Positions 37,317 to 47,583 are shown, counted from the stretch's first letter. The stretch is DNA of 64,000 nt from Cypionkella sp. (GCA_037045435.1 JBAOID010000020.1:30748-94747); one strand, 5' to 3'. Translations and numbers: made by a program. Notes: generated by a model from the letters alone, not told the origin.

Positions 37317-38318
37317 TTACAACAACTTACCCATGGCAACTGCGGTATCAGCCATGCGATTTGAAAAGCCCCATTCATTGTCATACCAGCTCAGAATCCG
37401 GCACATCGTACCGTCCAGCACCTTGGTTTGATCCATATGGAAAACCGCGGAATGCGGGTCATGGTTGAAATCTGAAGAGACATTCGGGCGGTCGGTCAGG
37501 CCCAAAATCCCCTTGAGCCGCCCATTCGCCGCCGCGCGGATCACATCATTGATCTCGGCAACCGTGGTTTCCCTGCTGGCTTCGAACACCAGATCAACCG
37601 CCGAAACATTCGGTGTCGGCACCCGGATGGCGACGCCGTCCAGTTTACCTTTCAACTCTGGCAGCACCAGCCCAACCGCCTTTGCGGCTCCGGTCGAGGT
37701 TGGAATCATCGACAAGGCGGCGGCGCGGGCGCGGTAAAGATCGCGGTGCATCGTATCCAGCGTGGGTTGATCTCCGGTGTAGCTGTGGATCGTGGTCATG
37801 AAGCCACGCTTGATACCGATGGCGTCATTCAAGACCTGCGCCACAGGTGCCAGGCAATTCGTGGTGCAGGAGGCATTTGAGACGACAATATCTGCCGCCG
37901 TCAAGGTTGCATGGTTCACGCCGTAAACGATGGTCTTGTCCGCGCCATCGCCGGGGGCTGAAATCAACACACGCTTGGCACCGTTCTCAAGGTGGGGCAG
38001 GCATTTCTCTTTGGAATTGAAGATACCCGTGCATTCCAGCACGATATCAACATCTGACCAAGGCAGATCGGCGGGATTGCGCAGCGCCGTCACCCGGATC
38101 TTGCCGCGCCCGACGTCGATCCAATCCTCACCGGTGGTTACCTCAAAGGGAAAACGCCCATGCACGGAATCAAAGCGCAACAGATGGGCGTTGGTTTCCA
38201 CCGGGCCAAGATCATTCAGAGCGACCACCTCAATATCGGTTCGGCCCGATTCGAGAATGGCACGAAGGATATTTCGGCCGATACGACCAAATCCATTGAT
38301 GGCTACTTTGACGGTCAT
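37317..38318 (-). CDS. gap: type I glyceraldehyde-3-phosphate dehydrogenase (copy 1)
   Basis: [20 protein letters not shown]...[17 protein letters not shown]...[12 protein letters not shown]. Confidence 0.92.
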   Translation of the reverse strand: MTVKVAINGFGRIGRNILRAILESGRTDIEVVALNDLGPVETNAHLLRFDSVHGRFPFEVTTGEDWIDVGRGKIRVTALRNPADLPWSDVDIVLECTGIFNSKEKCLPHLENGAKRVLISAPGDGADKTIVYGVNHATLTAADIVVSNASCTTNCLAPVAQVLNDAIGIKRGFMTTIHSYTGDQPTLDTMHRDLYRARAAALSMIPTSTGAAKAVGLVLPELKGKLDGVAIRVPTPNVSAVDLVFEASRETTVAEINDVIRAAANGRLKGILGLTDRPNVSSDFNHDPHSAVFHMDQTKVLDGTMCRILSWYDNEWGFSNRMADTAVAMGKLL

Positions 38319-38355
38319 CGGGGCCTCCTGAAATCCATTCGCGCGAGTCGCGTCG

Positions 38356-38369
38356 CGATAGCGCTAACA
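38356..38369. promoter_or_regulatory. operator-like site CGATAGCGCTAACA, about 40 nt upstream of gap copy 1
   Basis: Read directly. It shares AGCGCTAACA with the edd site. Confidence 0.4.
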
Positions 38370-38409
38370 ATGCCAAATTGGTTCAACAATCAAGACCAGT
38401 CTGCATTGG

Positions 38410-38553
38410 TCAGCGCCAAAAGGACAGATACTCGACGAAATCCGCGGCTTTTCGCAACAAGAAAAGCGAGGCTAAGCCTTGATTGAGATAGTGATCAACA
38501 GAAACTGCCGCGACAATCAGTGCGGCGAAGATCACAGCAAAAAGGTTGGACAT
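38410..38553 (-). CDS. possible 47-aa membrane peptide between the two gap genes
   Basis: MSNLFAVIFAALIVAAVSVDHYLNQGLASLFLLRKAADFVEYLSFWR, with GGAGGGGG before the ATG at 38553. GC3 is only moderate, so the call is tentative. Confidence 0.35.
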   Translation of the reverse strand: MSNLFAVIFAALIVAAVSVDHYLNQGLASLFLLRKAADFVEYLSFWR

Positions 38554-38564
38554 GCCCCCTCCGG

Positions 38565-39563
38565 TTACTGGAGGAGCCGCCCCATTACGCCAGCCACATC
38601 GGCCATACGGCAGGAAAAGCCCCACTCATTGTCATACCAAGCCAGCACGCGCACCTGACGGCCCACCACTTTGGTCTGATCTGGGGCGAAGATAGAGGAG
38701 TATGGCGTATGATTGAAGTCAATTGATACCTTGGGTTCTGGGTCATAGGCCAAAACCATCCCCATATAGCCAGCCGCCGCTTCGCGCATGATGGCGTTGA
38801 CCTCATCCACTGTAACCGTCTTGTTGGCGATAAAGGTCAGATCCACCGCTGAGACGTTGGGGGTAGGAACCCGAATTGCCGACCCGTCCAGCTTGCCGGC
38901 CAACTCGGGCATCACTTCGCCCAAGGCCTTTGCGGCACCGGTCGAGGTGGGAATCATCGCCATCGCGGCAGAGCGCGCGCGGTAAAGATCGACGTGGCGG
39001 CGGTCCAGCGTGGGTTGATCGCCGGTGTAGGAGTGGATCGTTGTCATGATCCCGCTTTCTATGCCGATGGCATCGTTCAGCACTTTGGCCAAGGGGGCAA
39101 GGCAGTTTGTGGTACAAGATCCGTTCGAAACCACCAGATGCTCGGCGGTAAGTTGACGGTGGTTCACCCCGTAAACCACAGTTTTATCTGCATTTTTTGC
39201 AGGTGCAGACACCAGAACACGTTTGGCCCCGCGCGTCAGATGCACTGCGGCCTTGTCGCGTTCGTTGAAATTGCCGGTGCATTCCAGGACAACATCGACG
39301 CCTTCCCAATCCAATTCTTGCGGATTGTAGGTGGACATCACCCGCATCGGGCCGCGTCCCAGATCCAGCTCATTGCCGGACACCTTGACCACACCGGGAA
39401 ACCGCCCGTGGACCGAATCGTATTTCAACAGATGTGCATTGGTTTCAATCGGCCCGGTTGCATTGATCGCAACCACCTGAACATCGTTACGCGCTGATTC
39501 TGCGATATGGGCCAAAGTACAGCGACCGATCCGTCCAAATCCGTTGATTCCAATCGTGATCAT
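38565..39563 (-). CDS. gap: type I glyceraldehyde-3-phosphate dehydrogenase (copy 2, divergent paralog)
   Basis: [20 protein letters not shown]...[17 protein letters not shown]...[12 protein letters not shown]. Confidence 0.9.
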   Translation of the reverse strand: MITIGINGFGRIGRCTLAHIAESARNDVQVVAINATGPIETNAHLLKYDSVHGRFPGVVKVSGNELDLGRGPMRVMSTYNPQELDWEGVDVVLECTGNFNERDKAAVHLTRGAKRVLVSAPAKNADKTVVYGVNHRQLTAEHLVVSNGSCTTNCLAPLAKVLNDAIGIESGIMTTIHSYTGDQPTLDRRHVDLYRARSAAMAMIPTSTGAAKALGEVMPELAGKLDGSAIRVPTPNVSAVDLTFIANKTVTVDEVNAIMREAAAGYMGMVLAYDPEPKVSIDFNHTPYSSIFAPDQTKVVGRQVRVLAWYDNEWGFSCRMADVAGVMGRLLQ

Positions 39564-39643
39564 TGCGGTGCCCTCTTTGTTGTCAAAGCACTATAGGGCA
39601 GCAATCCACGGGTAGCAAAGCCAAAGGGCCATATCTTTCATGG

Positions 39644-39657
39644 TGTTAGCGTTAACT
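39644..39657. promoter_or_regulatory. operator-like site TGTTAGCGTTAACT upstream of gap copy 2 (divergent with the DUF808 gene)
   Basis: Read directly. It has two mismatches to TGTTAGCGCTAACA. Confidence 0.4.
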
Positions 39658-39662
39658 ATTGC

Positions 39663-39676
39663 CGTTCGCGCTAACA
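39663..39676. promoter_or_regulatory. second operator-like site CGTTCGCGCTAACA, 19 bp from the first
   Basis: Read directly. Confidence 0.35.
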
Positions 39677-39743
39677 AGTCACAGTCTTTGCCATTGCGCC
39701 ATGTCGTTGTTAGAACGGGGCGGAAGGTATCCGAGGGGGCTAT

Positions 39744-40715
39744 ATGAGCGGGTTATTGGCGCTGTTTGATGATGTGGCGGCGATTGCCAAAGTGGCAGCG
39801 GCCTCGGTGGATGACATCGCCAGCGGCGCGGCTCAGGCCGGGGCAAAGGCTGCCGGTGTGGTGATTGACGATGCGGCCGTCACTCCGACCTATGTACAGG
39901 GTTTTTCGGCGAAACGGGAATTGCCGATCATCGGGCGCATTGCCTTGGGGTCGATCAAGAACAAGCTGATCTTCTTGCTGCCGATGGCTTTGCTGCTTGC
40001 CAATTTCTTGCCGCAAGCGATCACGCCCTTGCTGATGCTGGGGGGGCTTTATCTTAGCTTTGAAGGGGCGGAAAAGGTGTTTCACCGGCTTTTTCCACAT
40101 GGCGAGAAGGGTGTCGAGGCCGATTATGACACCCAAAACCCCGCCCATCTGGAAGAGGCGAAGATTGGCGGAGCCATCAAGACCGATTTTATCCTCTCGG
40201 CCGAGATCATGACCATTGCTCTGTCGTCGATACCGGAGTCGGCCTGGTGGGTCGAGGCAATTACCCTGGCGATTGTCGGCACGGCGATCACGGTTGTGGT
40301 CTATGGCGCCGTGGCCCTGATCGTGAAGATGGATGATGTCGGTCTGTTCATGGCGCGGCAGGGCCGGTTGCGGCTGACCCGGACTTTCGGGCGATGGCTG
40401 GTGCAGGCAATGCCGTTGGTTCTTGCGGTGCTTGCCACGGTCGGCACTGCGGCGATGCTTTGGGTTGGCGGCTCGATCCTTTTGCATGGTGCGGAAACGC
40501 TTGGCTGGACCGCACCCGCGCATCTGGTGGAAGGCTGGGCGGAAACGATTGCGCCTTTGTTGCCGCAAGCGGCGGGGTTTATCCATTGGGCCGTTGTCGC
40601 GGCGAGTGGTGGGGTGCTGGGGCTGGCGATTGGCACGCTTTTGATCCCGGTTGCAACACGAGTGATCGGGCCACTCCTGGGGCGGTTTTCCAAAAAGCAA
40701 GAGGCCGCACATTGA
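39744..40715 (+). CDS. DUF808 (YedI-like) inner membrane protein
   Basis: MSGLLALFDDVAAIAKVAAASVDDIASGAAQAGAKAAGVVIDDAAVTPTYV... is the characteristic DUF808 N-terminus. Confidence 0.85.
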   Translation: MSGLLALFDDVAAIAKVAAASVDDIASGAAQAGAKAAGVVIDDAAVTPTYVQGFSAKRELPIIGRIALGSIKNKLIFLLPMALLLANFLPQAITPLLMLGGLYLSFEGAEKVFHRLFPHGEKGVEADYDTQNPAHLEEAKIGGAIKTDFILSAEIMTIALSSIPESAWWVEAITLAIVGTAITVVVYGAVALIVKMDDVGLFMARQGRLRLTRTFGRWLVQAMPLVLAVLATVGTAAMLWVGGSILLHGAETLGWTAPAHLVEGWAETIAPLLPQAAGFIHWAVVAASGGVLGLAIGTLLIPVATRVIGPLLGRFSKKQEAAH

Positions 40716-40747
40716 GTGCGGCCTTCTGAAACAAGGCTATTGGCGGA

Positions 40748-42763
40748 TCAGAGCATTGCCATCGCCTTGGCGACAACAGCCTCGGCGGTGATGCCGAACT
40801 CTTTGTAAAGCCGCTCGGCCGGGGCCGAGGCGCCAAAGCTGTTCATGCCAACGAAGGCCGACTTGCCTTCACGCCCGCGCTCGCCCAAAAGCCATTGATC
40901 CCAGCCCTGCCGCACGCCGGCCTCGATGGCCACGCGCACCGTATTGGCGGGCAGAACCTTCTTGCGATAGCTTTCGTCCTGCGCCGCAAAAAGCTCCATG
41001 CAGGGCATGGATACCACACGAGTGCCAATACCGGCCTCTTCCAGCGCCGCACGGGCCTTCAACGCGATTTCCACTTCCGATCCGGTGGCCATCAGCACCA
41101 CTTTGCGTTTTCCCGTGGCCTCGGCCAGCACATAGGCCCCCTTGGCTGTCAGGTTTTGCGCCGTATGATCCTTGCGCACTGTCGGCAGGTTCTGACGGCT
41201 GAGCGCCAGTACCGAAGGCGTGGTCCTGGTGGTCAGCGCCAATTCCCAGGCCTCGGCGGTTTCCACCAGATCGGCGGGGCGGAATACCCATGTATTGGGC
41301 GTGGCCCGGCTGATCGCCAGATGTTCGACGGGCTGGTGCGTCGGGCCGTCCTCGCCCAAACCGATGCTGTCATGTGTCATCACATAAATCACCGGAATCT
41401 GCATCAACGCTGAAAGCCGCATCGCGGGGCGGGCGTAATCGGTAAAGCACATGAAGGTGCCGCCATAGGGGCGCACGCCGCCATGCAGCACCAAGCCGTT
41501 CATCGCCGCCGCCATGCCATGTTCGCGGATGCCGTAATAGACGTAGCGGCCCTTGCGGTCCTCGGGCGAGAAAACGCCCATGTCGGCGGTTTTGGTGTTG
41601 TTCGATCCGGTCAGATCCGCCGAGCCGCCGATGGTTTCGGTCATCAGCGGATTGATGACCCCCAGAACCTTTTCCGAGGCCGCGCGGGTGGCGAGTTTGG
41701 GTAACTCGGCCGAAGCTGATTTCTTCACGCTGCGGATTGCGGATGCCAGTTTGGGGGAGGCTTCGCCCGCGAAAATTCGCGCGAACTCGCCCTGACGCGT
41801 GGCAGACAAGGCCGCAAGCCGCGCGTTCCAGGCTGCGTGGCTATCGGCTCCACGCGCGCCCATGGCTTCCCATTCGGCCTTGATCTTGGCCGGGATTTCA
41901 AACGGGGCGGCGGTCCAGCCATAGGCGGCTTTGGTATCGGCCATCAATTTGGGATCCGTCAGCGCGCCGTGGCCTTTCGAGGTATCCTGAGCCGAAGACC
42001 CCAATGCGATATGGGTCTTGCAGGCGATCATTGCCGGGCGGGGCGAGGCTTTGGCGGCAGTGATGGCGCGGTCGATATCCACCGGATCATGGCCGTCGCA
42101 ATCGAAAACATCCCATCCCGAAGCGGCAAAACGCGCCTTCTGATCGGTGATGTCCGAGAGGGACACCTTGCCGTCAATGGTGATGCCGTTGTTGTCCCAC
42201 AACAAGGTCAGGCGCGAAAGCTGCTGCTTGCCTGCCAGCGCCAAAGCCTCTTGGCTGATGCCCTCCATCAGGCAACCGTCGCCTGCCATCACATAGGTGT
42301 GGTGATCCATGATCCTGGAGCCCCAGCGCGCGCGCAGGTTTTCTTCGGCCATGGCAAAGCCGACGGCATTGGCGATCCCTTGGCCCAGCGGCCCGGTGGT
42401 GGTCTCTACGCCCGCAACATGGCCGTATTCCGGGTGGCCCGCGGTGATTGAACCCCATTGACGGAAATTCTTGATCTGCGCGATCGTTACATCTGCATAG
42501 CCGGTCAGGTAGAGCAGGCTGTAAAGCAGCATTGAACCATGGCCAGCCGAGAGGATGAAACGATCGCGGTCCGGCCAGCGTGGAGCCTTTGGGTCGAATT
42601 TCAGATGTTTCTCGAACAAGACCGTGGCGACATCGGCCATGCCCATCGGCATTCCCGAATGGCCGGAATTGGCGGCGGCTACGGCGTCGAGAGTCAAGGT
42701 GCGGATGGCGGCAGCACGCATCCAATGCGCTGGGTGGCGGTCGCGAAGGGTCTGGATGTCCAT
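40748..42763 (-). CDS. tkt: transketolase
   Basis: ...[21 protein letters not shown]...[13 protein letters not shown]...[20 protein letters not shown]. Confidence 0.92.
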   Translation of the reverse strand: MDIQTLRDRHPAHWMRAAAIRTLTLDAVAAANSGHSGMPMGMADVATVLFEKHLKFDPKAPRWPDRDRFILSAGHGSMLLYSLLYLTGYADVTIAQIKNFRQWGSITAGHPEYGHVAGVETTTGPLGQGIANAVGFAMAEENLRARWGSRIMDHHTYVMAGDGCLMEGISQEALALAGKQQLSRLTLLWDNNGITIDGKVSLSDITDQKARFAASGWDVFDCDGHDPVDIDRAITAAKASPRPAMIACKTHIALGSSAQDTSKGHGALTDPKLMADTKAAYGWTAAPFEIPAKIKAEWEAMGARGADSHAAWNARLAALSATRQGEFARIFAGEASPKLASAIRSVKKSASAELPKLATRAASEKVLGVINPLMTETIGGSADLTGSNNTKTADMGVFSPEDRKGRYVYYGIREHGMAAAMNGLVLHGGVRPYGGTFMCFTDYARPAMRLSALMQIPVIYVMTHDSIGLGEDGPTHQPVEHLAISRATPNTWVFRPADLVETAEAWELALTTRTTPSVLALSRQNLPTVRKDHTAQNLTAKGAYVLAEATGKRKVVLMATGSEVEIALKARAALEEAGIGTRVVSMPCMELFAAQDESYRKKVLPANTVRVAIEAGVRQGWDQWLLGERGREGKSAFVGMNSFGASAPAERLYKEFGITAEAVVAKAMAML

Positions 42764-42961
42764 GGTGCGGTTCCTGTTTCAAGAAAGCGGGGTTGCAGGC
42801 TGCATAACACCCTCGGCGGCAAGATCAAGCACGGTGCACAAGGCATTGGCGACAAAGGCGAGACCTTGGTGCAAGGAATAGGCTAAGATCGCACTTGACG
42901 ACGGCGCAGACAATTCGCACTTTGGGCCAGGGCAGGACTGAACACATAGGGGACGAGGCCG

Positions 42962-43471
42962 ATGCAGGAAATTGCCGAACTGGAACGGCGTATCACCGCG
43001 GCGTTAGAACGTATCGGGCGTGGACTTGAGGATTTGGCTGAATCGGCCCCGCCAGTGGCGGCTTCTCCGGAGCCGTCGGCAGAGGTGGGTCAGGTCGCCG
43101 CGCTGAATGAGGCGCTTGACGAAGAGCGGATGGCAAACGCCCAGTTGCAAGAGCGCTTGCGTGTGCTTCGCGACAAGGATGCCAACGCCCAACTGGTTTT
43201 GAATGTGCGTATATCGGAACTGACCCGACAATCCAAATCGCAATCGGATGAAATCAAAACGCTGCGGCGGCAGGTTTCGCAATTGAGCGAGCACATCGCG
43301 ACGCTGCAAGATGCCGCAATCTCGGGCGTGACCGAGCCGCATCATATCAACCGTGCCATGATGACCGAGTTGGAAACCTTGCGCGCAGCACGCGCGACCG
43401 AAGCCGGAGAACTGGCTGAAATTGTCGCAACCCTGACACCGTTGATCCAAGAGGTTCAAAGCGATGCCTGA
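42962..43471 (+). CDS. coiled-coil protein encoded upstream of and overlapping zapA (ZauP-like)
   Basis: MQEIAELERRITAALERIG...heptad-rich...; it overlaps the zapA start by 8 nt. A ZapA-associated coiled-coil partner in this position is known from Caulobacter. Confidence 0.55.
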   Translation: MQEIAELERRITAALERIGRGLEDLAESAPPVAASPEPSAEVGQVAALNEALDEERMANAQLQERLRVLRDKDANAQLVLNVRISELTRQSKSQSDEIKTLRRQVSQLSEHIATLQDAAISGVTEPHHINRAMMTELETLRAARATEAGELAEIVATLTPLIQEVQSDA

Positions 43472-43841
43472 TCTTGAAATCACCATTGGCGGTCGTGCTT
43501 TCACGGTTGCTTGCCAGACGGGGGAAGAGCATTTCCTGCGCGCGGCGGCTGCCATGCTCGATATCGAGGCAAAGCCTCTTGTCGCCCAACTGGGCCGTTT
43601 GCCCGAGGCGCGGATGCTGTTGATGGCCGGGCTGATGTTGGCCGACAAGACCGCCGCCATCGAGGATGAAAACCGCCAGCTCAAGGCAAAGTTGGCTGAA
43701 ATCGAGGCCCGCCCCACACCGGATCGGGAAAAGATCGAGGTTCCGGTGGTGCCCGCCACCGTTCGTGAAGCGCTGGCCGAGATCGCTGCGCGTGCCGAAG
43801 CGATGGCCGAGCGAGTTGAGGAGCACCGGGCAAGTGTTTGA
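43464..43841 (+). CDS. zapA: cell division protein ZapA
   Basis: MPDLEITIGGRAFTVACQTGEEHFLRAAAAMLD...LLMAGLMLADK. Confidence 0.8.
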   Translation: MPDLEITIGGRAFTVACQTGEEHFLRAAAAMLDIEAKPLVAQLGRLPEARMLLMAGLMLADKTAAIEDENRQLKAKLAEIEARPTPDREKIEVPVVPATVREALAEIAARAEAMAERVEEHRASV

Positions 43842-43854
43842 AATTTAGCGTAAT

Positions 43855-44025
43855 CCCGCTAGAGACCTGCCTGATTTCTTTGCCCGTATTTGCCGAAATG
43901 GCAGTAACAACAACCCGCTATGGCTGGCCTTCGGATGGGTCCGGCTATGTCTGATGGGCCAAGGGAGCAAAGGCGGCGCTGTCTTGGAAAGACGAAACCG
44001 GGGCAGAGACCCCGGTTCTGTCGCA
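43855..44025 (+). ncRNA. ssrS: candidate 6S RNA (ssrS); boundaries approximate
   Basis: A gap of about 200 nt without an ORF lies directly downstream of zapA, the conserved position of ssrS in many proteobacteria. There is partial long-range complementarity (tttctttgccc / gggagcaaagg) and a 3' hairpin AACCGGGG-cagaga-CCCCGGTT (43996-44017). Not confirmed by a covariance model. Confidence 0.4.
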
Positions 44026-44043
44026 ATGCAAAAAGCAGATTGA

Positions 44044-44403
44044 TCAGGCGTTTGCTTCGCGAACCTTATCGGCTGCGGCCTTGTCAAATGCCACGCCATT
44101 GGTCTCGAACAACTTATCCAACTCGCCCGACAGCACCATCTCGGTTACGATGTCACAGCCGCCAACAAATTCGCCTTTGACATAAAGCTGCGGAATTGTG
44201 GGCCATTCGCTAAAATCCTTGATACCCTGGCGGATTTCGGCATCGGCAAGGACGTTCACATCAGCAAAATCGACGCCCATGTAATTCAACACCCCCGCCA
44301 CCCGCGAGGAAAACCCGCATTGCGGCATCAGTTTGGTGCCCTTCATGAACAAAACAACGTCATTTTTCGTCACCGTCTCGCGGATTTGGTCTTTCGCGCT
44401 CAT
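44044..44403 (-). CDS. grxD: Grx4-family monothiol glutaredoxin
   Basis: ...VVLFMKGTKLMPQCGFSSRVAGVL (CGFS) ...WPTIPQLYVKGEFVGGCDI. Confidence 0.92.
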   Translation of the reverse strand: MSAKDQIRETVTKNDVVLFMKGTKLMPQCGFSSRVAGVLNYMGVDFADVNVLADAEIRQGIKDFSEWPTIPQLYVKGEFVGGCDIVTEMVLSGELDKLFETNGVAFDKAAADKVREANA

Positions 44404-44495
44404 TTCCTTGTCCTTTTACTTCACCGCATAGCGTCCGCTATTGCTGGGGTTGGTGGTCTTGCCGGCCGCCTTGTTGGCGACTGGACTCGATTTCT

Positions 44496-44738
44496 TTACT
44501 CTGGCGCCTTGGTGGTCAGGGCCAAGGCGTGCAATTCTCCTTGTGCGCCGTCCATTTTGCCTTTCAGGCTGGCATAGACGGCGCGCTGTTGTTGCACACG
44601 GTTCATGCCCTTGAAAGAGGCGTCAACAACCTCGGCGGCCCAGTGATTGCCGTCACCGGCAAGGTCGGTGATGGTGATCTTGGCCTGCGGAAAGGCCTCC
44701 CGGATCAAGGCTTCGATGTCGTGGGCTTCCATCGCCAT
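44496..44738 (-). CDS. bolA: BolA family protein
   Basis: [58 protein letters not shown]...LHALAL. It has its own AAGGAG RBS 7 nt before the ATG at 44738. It is in frame with, and not separated by a stop from, the upstream GNAT/purL reading frame. Confidence 0.85.
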   Translation of the reverse strand: MAMEAHDIEALIREAFPQAKITITDLAGDGNHWAAEVVDASFKGMNRVQQQRAVYASLKGKMDGAQGELHALALTTKAPE

Positions 44739-45275
44739 GGGCTGCTCCTTGTTTTGATAAAATGTAAGGCCGGGGGGACGGGGCTGCAAGGGGGTTCTCC
44801 GATCAAGCCAATCGGCCCGCAGGAGCCCGTAAAGCATCATATCGACAGTGCGTCCAAGGGCAGGGCGATACCAATGCTCGCGCAATCGGCCTTCCAGTTG
44901 AAACCCCGCGCGTTCATAGCTTTTCATGGCGCGCGGATTTTCCGAAGATGCGTCAAGCCAGACCCTTTTGGCATTCAGATCGTTGAAAGCAAAGCAAACC
45001 AGTGCCGCGATAAACGCCGCCCCCTTGCCATTGCCAACCTGTGACAGGGCAAGTCGAAACAATTCCACCCGCCCCGAGTCATGGCCGATTTCGCGAAAGA
45101 TCGCAAAGCCTGCCGGGACGTGAGTCTCCCAAATCATCATGCGCGTCGCCGGGTCTGCCCGATAGCGCGACAATTGGTCCTCATCATCATCGCTGATGAA
45201 AGGGCTGTAGGACGGGTCGGTTGTCAGGCTGCGAATGAAGGCAAGATCTTGCGGTTCCGCTGGGCGCAGTCTCAA
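44739..45275 (-). CDS. GNAT family N-acetyltransferase (no in-frame stop before bolA in this sequence)
   Basis: (L)[16 protein letters not shown]...[27 protein letters not shown]...[32 protein letters not shown]...[11 protein letters not shown] possible TTG start at 45275 overlaps an out-of-frame TGA. The 3' boundary is unresolved. Confidence 0.65.
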
Positions 45276-47432
45276 CCGATCTGCCCGCTCGAATGCTGTG
45301 CGATAGAGCCGCGAGAGTTCAGCCATCGAGGCCGAGTCGGCCCCGAAGGTAACCAATTCGCCACCAAAGATCCCGACCTTCGCCAGCGCAGTGCCATGTG
45401 CTTTTGCAGCCGCCTCAAGCGCTGCTACCTGATCGGGGGCGCAAGCCACCAGATAGCGGGCCTGATCCTCGCCAAAGAGCTGCGAGATATTCTCAGTGGT
45501 CAGGCAAACCCCCATCTTGGCCGCATCTGCCATCTCGAACGCCGCCAGCGCCAAGCCGCCATCGGCAAGATCGGTGCAGGCACGGATGGATTTGCGTGCA
45601 GCACTGATCACCGCAGCCGAGGCCTTTTCAGCCGCAAGGTTCACATGCGGCGCATCACCGGACTCGATGCCGAAGGCTTCTGCCAAAAGTGCCGATTGGC
45701 CCAGATGGCCTGTGGTTTCGCCAATGACCAAAGCCACATCGCCGGTTTGTGCTGTGCCGGTGATCAGATCGTCAAGGCTGGCAAGGATGCCCACCGCGCC
45801 GATGGTCGGCGTTGGCAGAATGCCGGTGCCATCGGTCTCATTGTAAAGTGAGACATTGCCCGAAACGATCGGCATATCAAGGCCAGCCACTGCCGCGCCG
45901 ATGCCTTTGATCGCGCCGACAAATTGCCCCATGATTTCGGGCTTTTCAGGATTGCCGAAATTCAGATTGTCTGTTGTTGCCAATGGTTTGGCACCCACTG
46001 CTATCAGATTGCGATAGGCTTCGGCCACGGCTTGCTTGCCGCCTTCAAACGGGTTTGCCTTGACGTATCGCGGCGTCACATCCGAGGTGAAGGCCAAGGC
46101 CTTGCCGGTGCCATGCACCCGCACGACACCCGCACCAGCGCCGGGCGCAATCACTGTATCAGCGCCGACCATTAAATCGTATTGTTCATAAACCCAGGCT
46201 TTATGGGCATAGTTGGGGCTGCTGATCAAAGCGCGCAGGCCTGCGATGGGCGAGATCGCAGGGATTGCACCCAAGGCCGGGGCCGCCGGGGTTTCGATCC
46301 AGGGGCGGTCATATTCGGGGGCGGAAGAAGCAAGCTTCGACAGCGGCAAATCGGCTTTCACCTCATTGCCATGCAGGATCAGAAAACGGTCTTCGGGGAT
46401 GGTTTCGCCGACAATGGCAAAATCCAGATCCCATTTGACGAAAATAGCGCGCGCCTTGGCCTCGAGTTCAGGCTTCAACACCATCAGCATCCGTTCTTGC
46501 GATTCCGACAGCATCATTTCGTAGGCGGTCATCCCGGTTTCGCGCTGTGGCACGTCGTCGAGTTGCAGTTTGATCCCCAAACCGCCCTTGTCGCCCATCT
46601 CGACCGCTGAACAGGTCAGGCCCGCGGCCCCCATGTCTTGAATGGAAATCACCGCCCCCGAAGCCATCAGTTCAAGACATGCCTCCAGCAATCGCTTTTC
46701 GGTGAAGGGGTCGCCAACCTGCACCGTTGGGCGTTTGTCTTCGATGCTGTCGTCAAACTCTGCCGAGGCCATGGTCGCCCCGCCAACGCCATCGCGCCCG
46801 GTTTTGGCCCCCAGATAAACCACGGGCATGCCCACACCCGAGGCCACCGAGTAGAAAATCTTGTCCGTATCGGCCAGACCGGCGGCGAATGCGTTCACCA
46901 GACAATTGCCGTTATAGCTGCGGTGAAAGCGGACCTCGCCGCCCACGGTCGGCACACCGAATGCGTTGCCATAGGCACCGACGCCTTCGACCACACCTTT
47001 GACAAGATAGGCGGTCTTGGGATGCTCGGGCACACCGAAGGACAGCGAGTTCATGGCCGCGATCGGCCGCGCCCCCATGGTGAACACATCGCGCAAGATG
47101 CCGCCCACGCCGGTCGCGGCACCCTGATGCGGCTCTATATAGGAGGGGTGGTTGTGGCTTTCCATCTTGAAGATGACGGCCTGCCCATCGCCGATATCCA
47201 CCACGCCCGCATTCTCGCCCGGCCCGCAAATCACCTGCGGCCCGGTGGTGGGCAGGGTGCGCAACCATTTCTTTGAGGATTTATAGGAGCAATGCTCGTT
47301 CCACATCGCCGAAAAGATGCCCAGTTCGGTATAGCTCGGTTGCCGTCCGATGATCGACAACAGCCGTTCATACTCATCCGGCTTCAACCCATGGGCGGCA
47401 ACAAGTTCGGCTGTGATGGCGGGATCGGACAT
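45276..47432 (-). CDS. purL: phosphoribosylformylglycinamidine synthase subunit PurL (no in-frame stop; runs on into the GNAT frame)
   Basis: ATG at 47432: [54 protein letters not shown]...[21 protein letters not shown]... The roughly 719 codons to the junction match the usual PurL size. Confidence 0.9.
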
Positions 47433-47555
47433 TTGGCAATTCCCCAGATGCGAAAGGACTGAAGGCGTCATAGGCCAAGCGCCGATGCAGGGAAAGAGGC
47501 TGGAGCCGCTGGCAAGGGCTTTTGCGGCTCGGCACCTGAAAATTGCGCGGACCGG

Positions 47556-47583
47556 AAAAAAAAGGCCGAGCTTGCGCTCGGCC
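47556..47583 (-). terminator. rho-independent terminator (minus strand) between the LysR gene and the purL promoter region
   Basis: The minus strand reads GGCCGAGC-gcaa-GCTCGGCC followed by TTTTTTTT. Confidence 0.75.
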
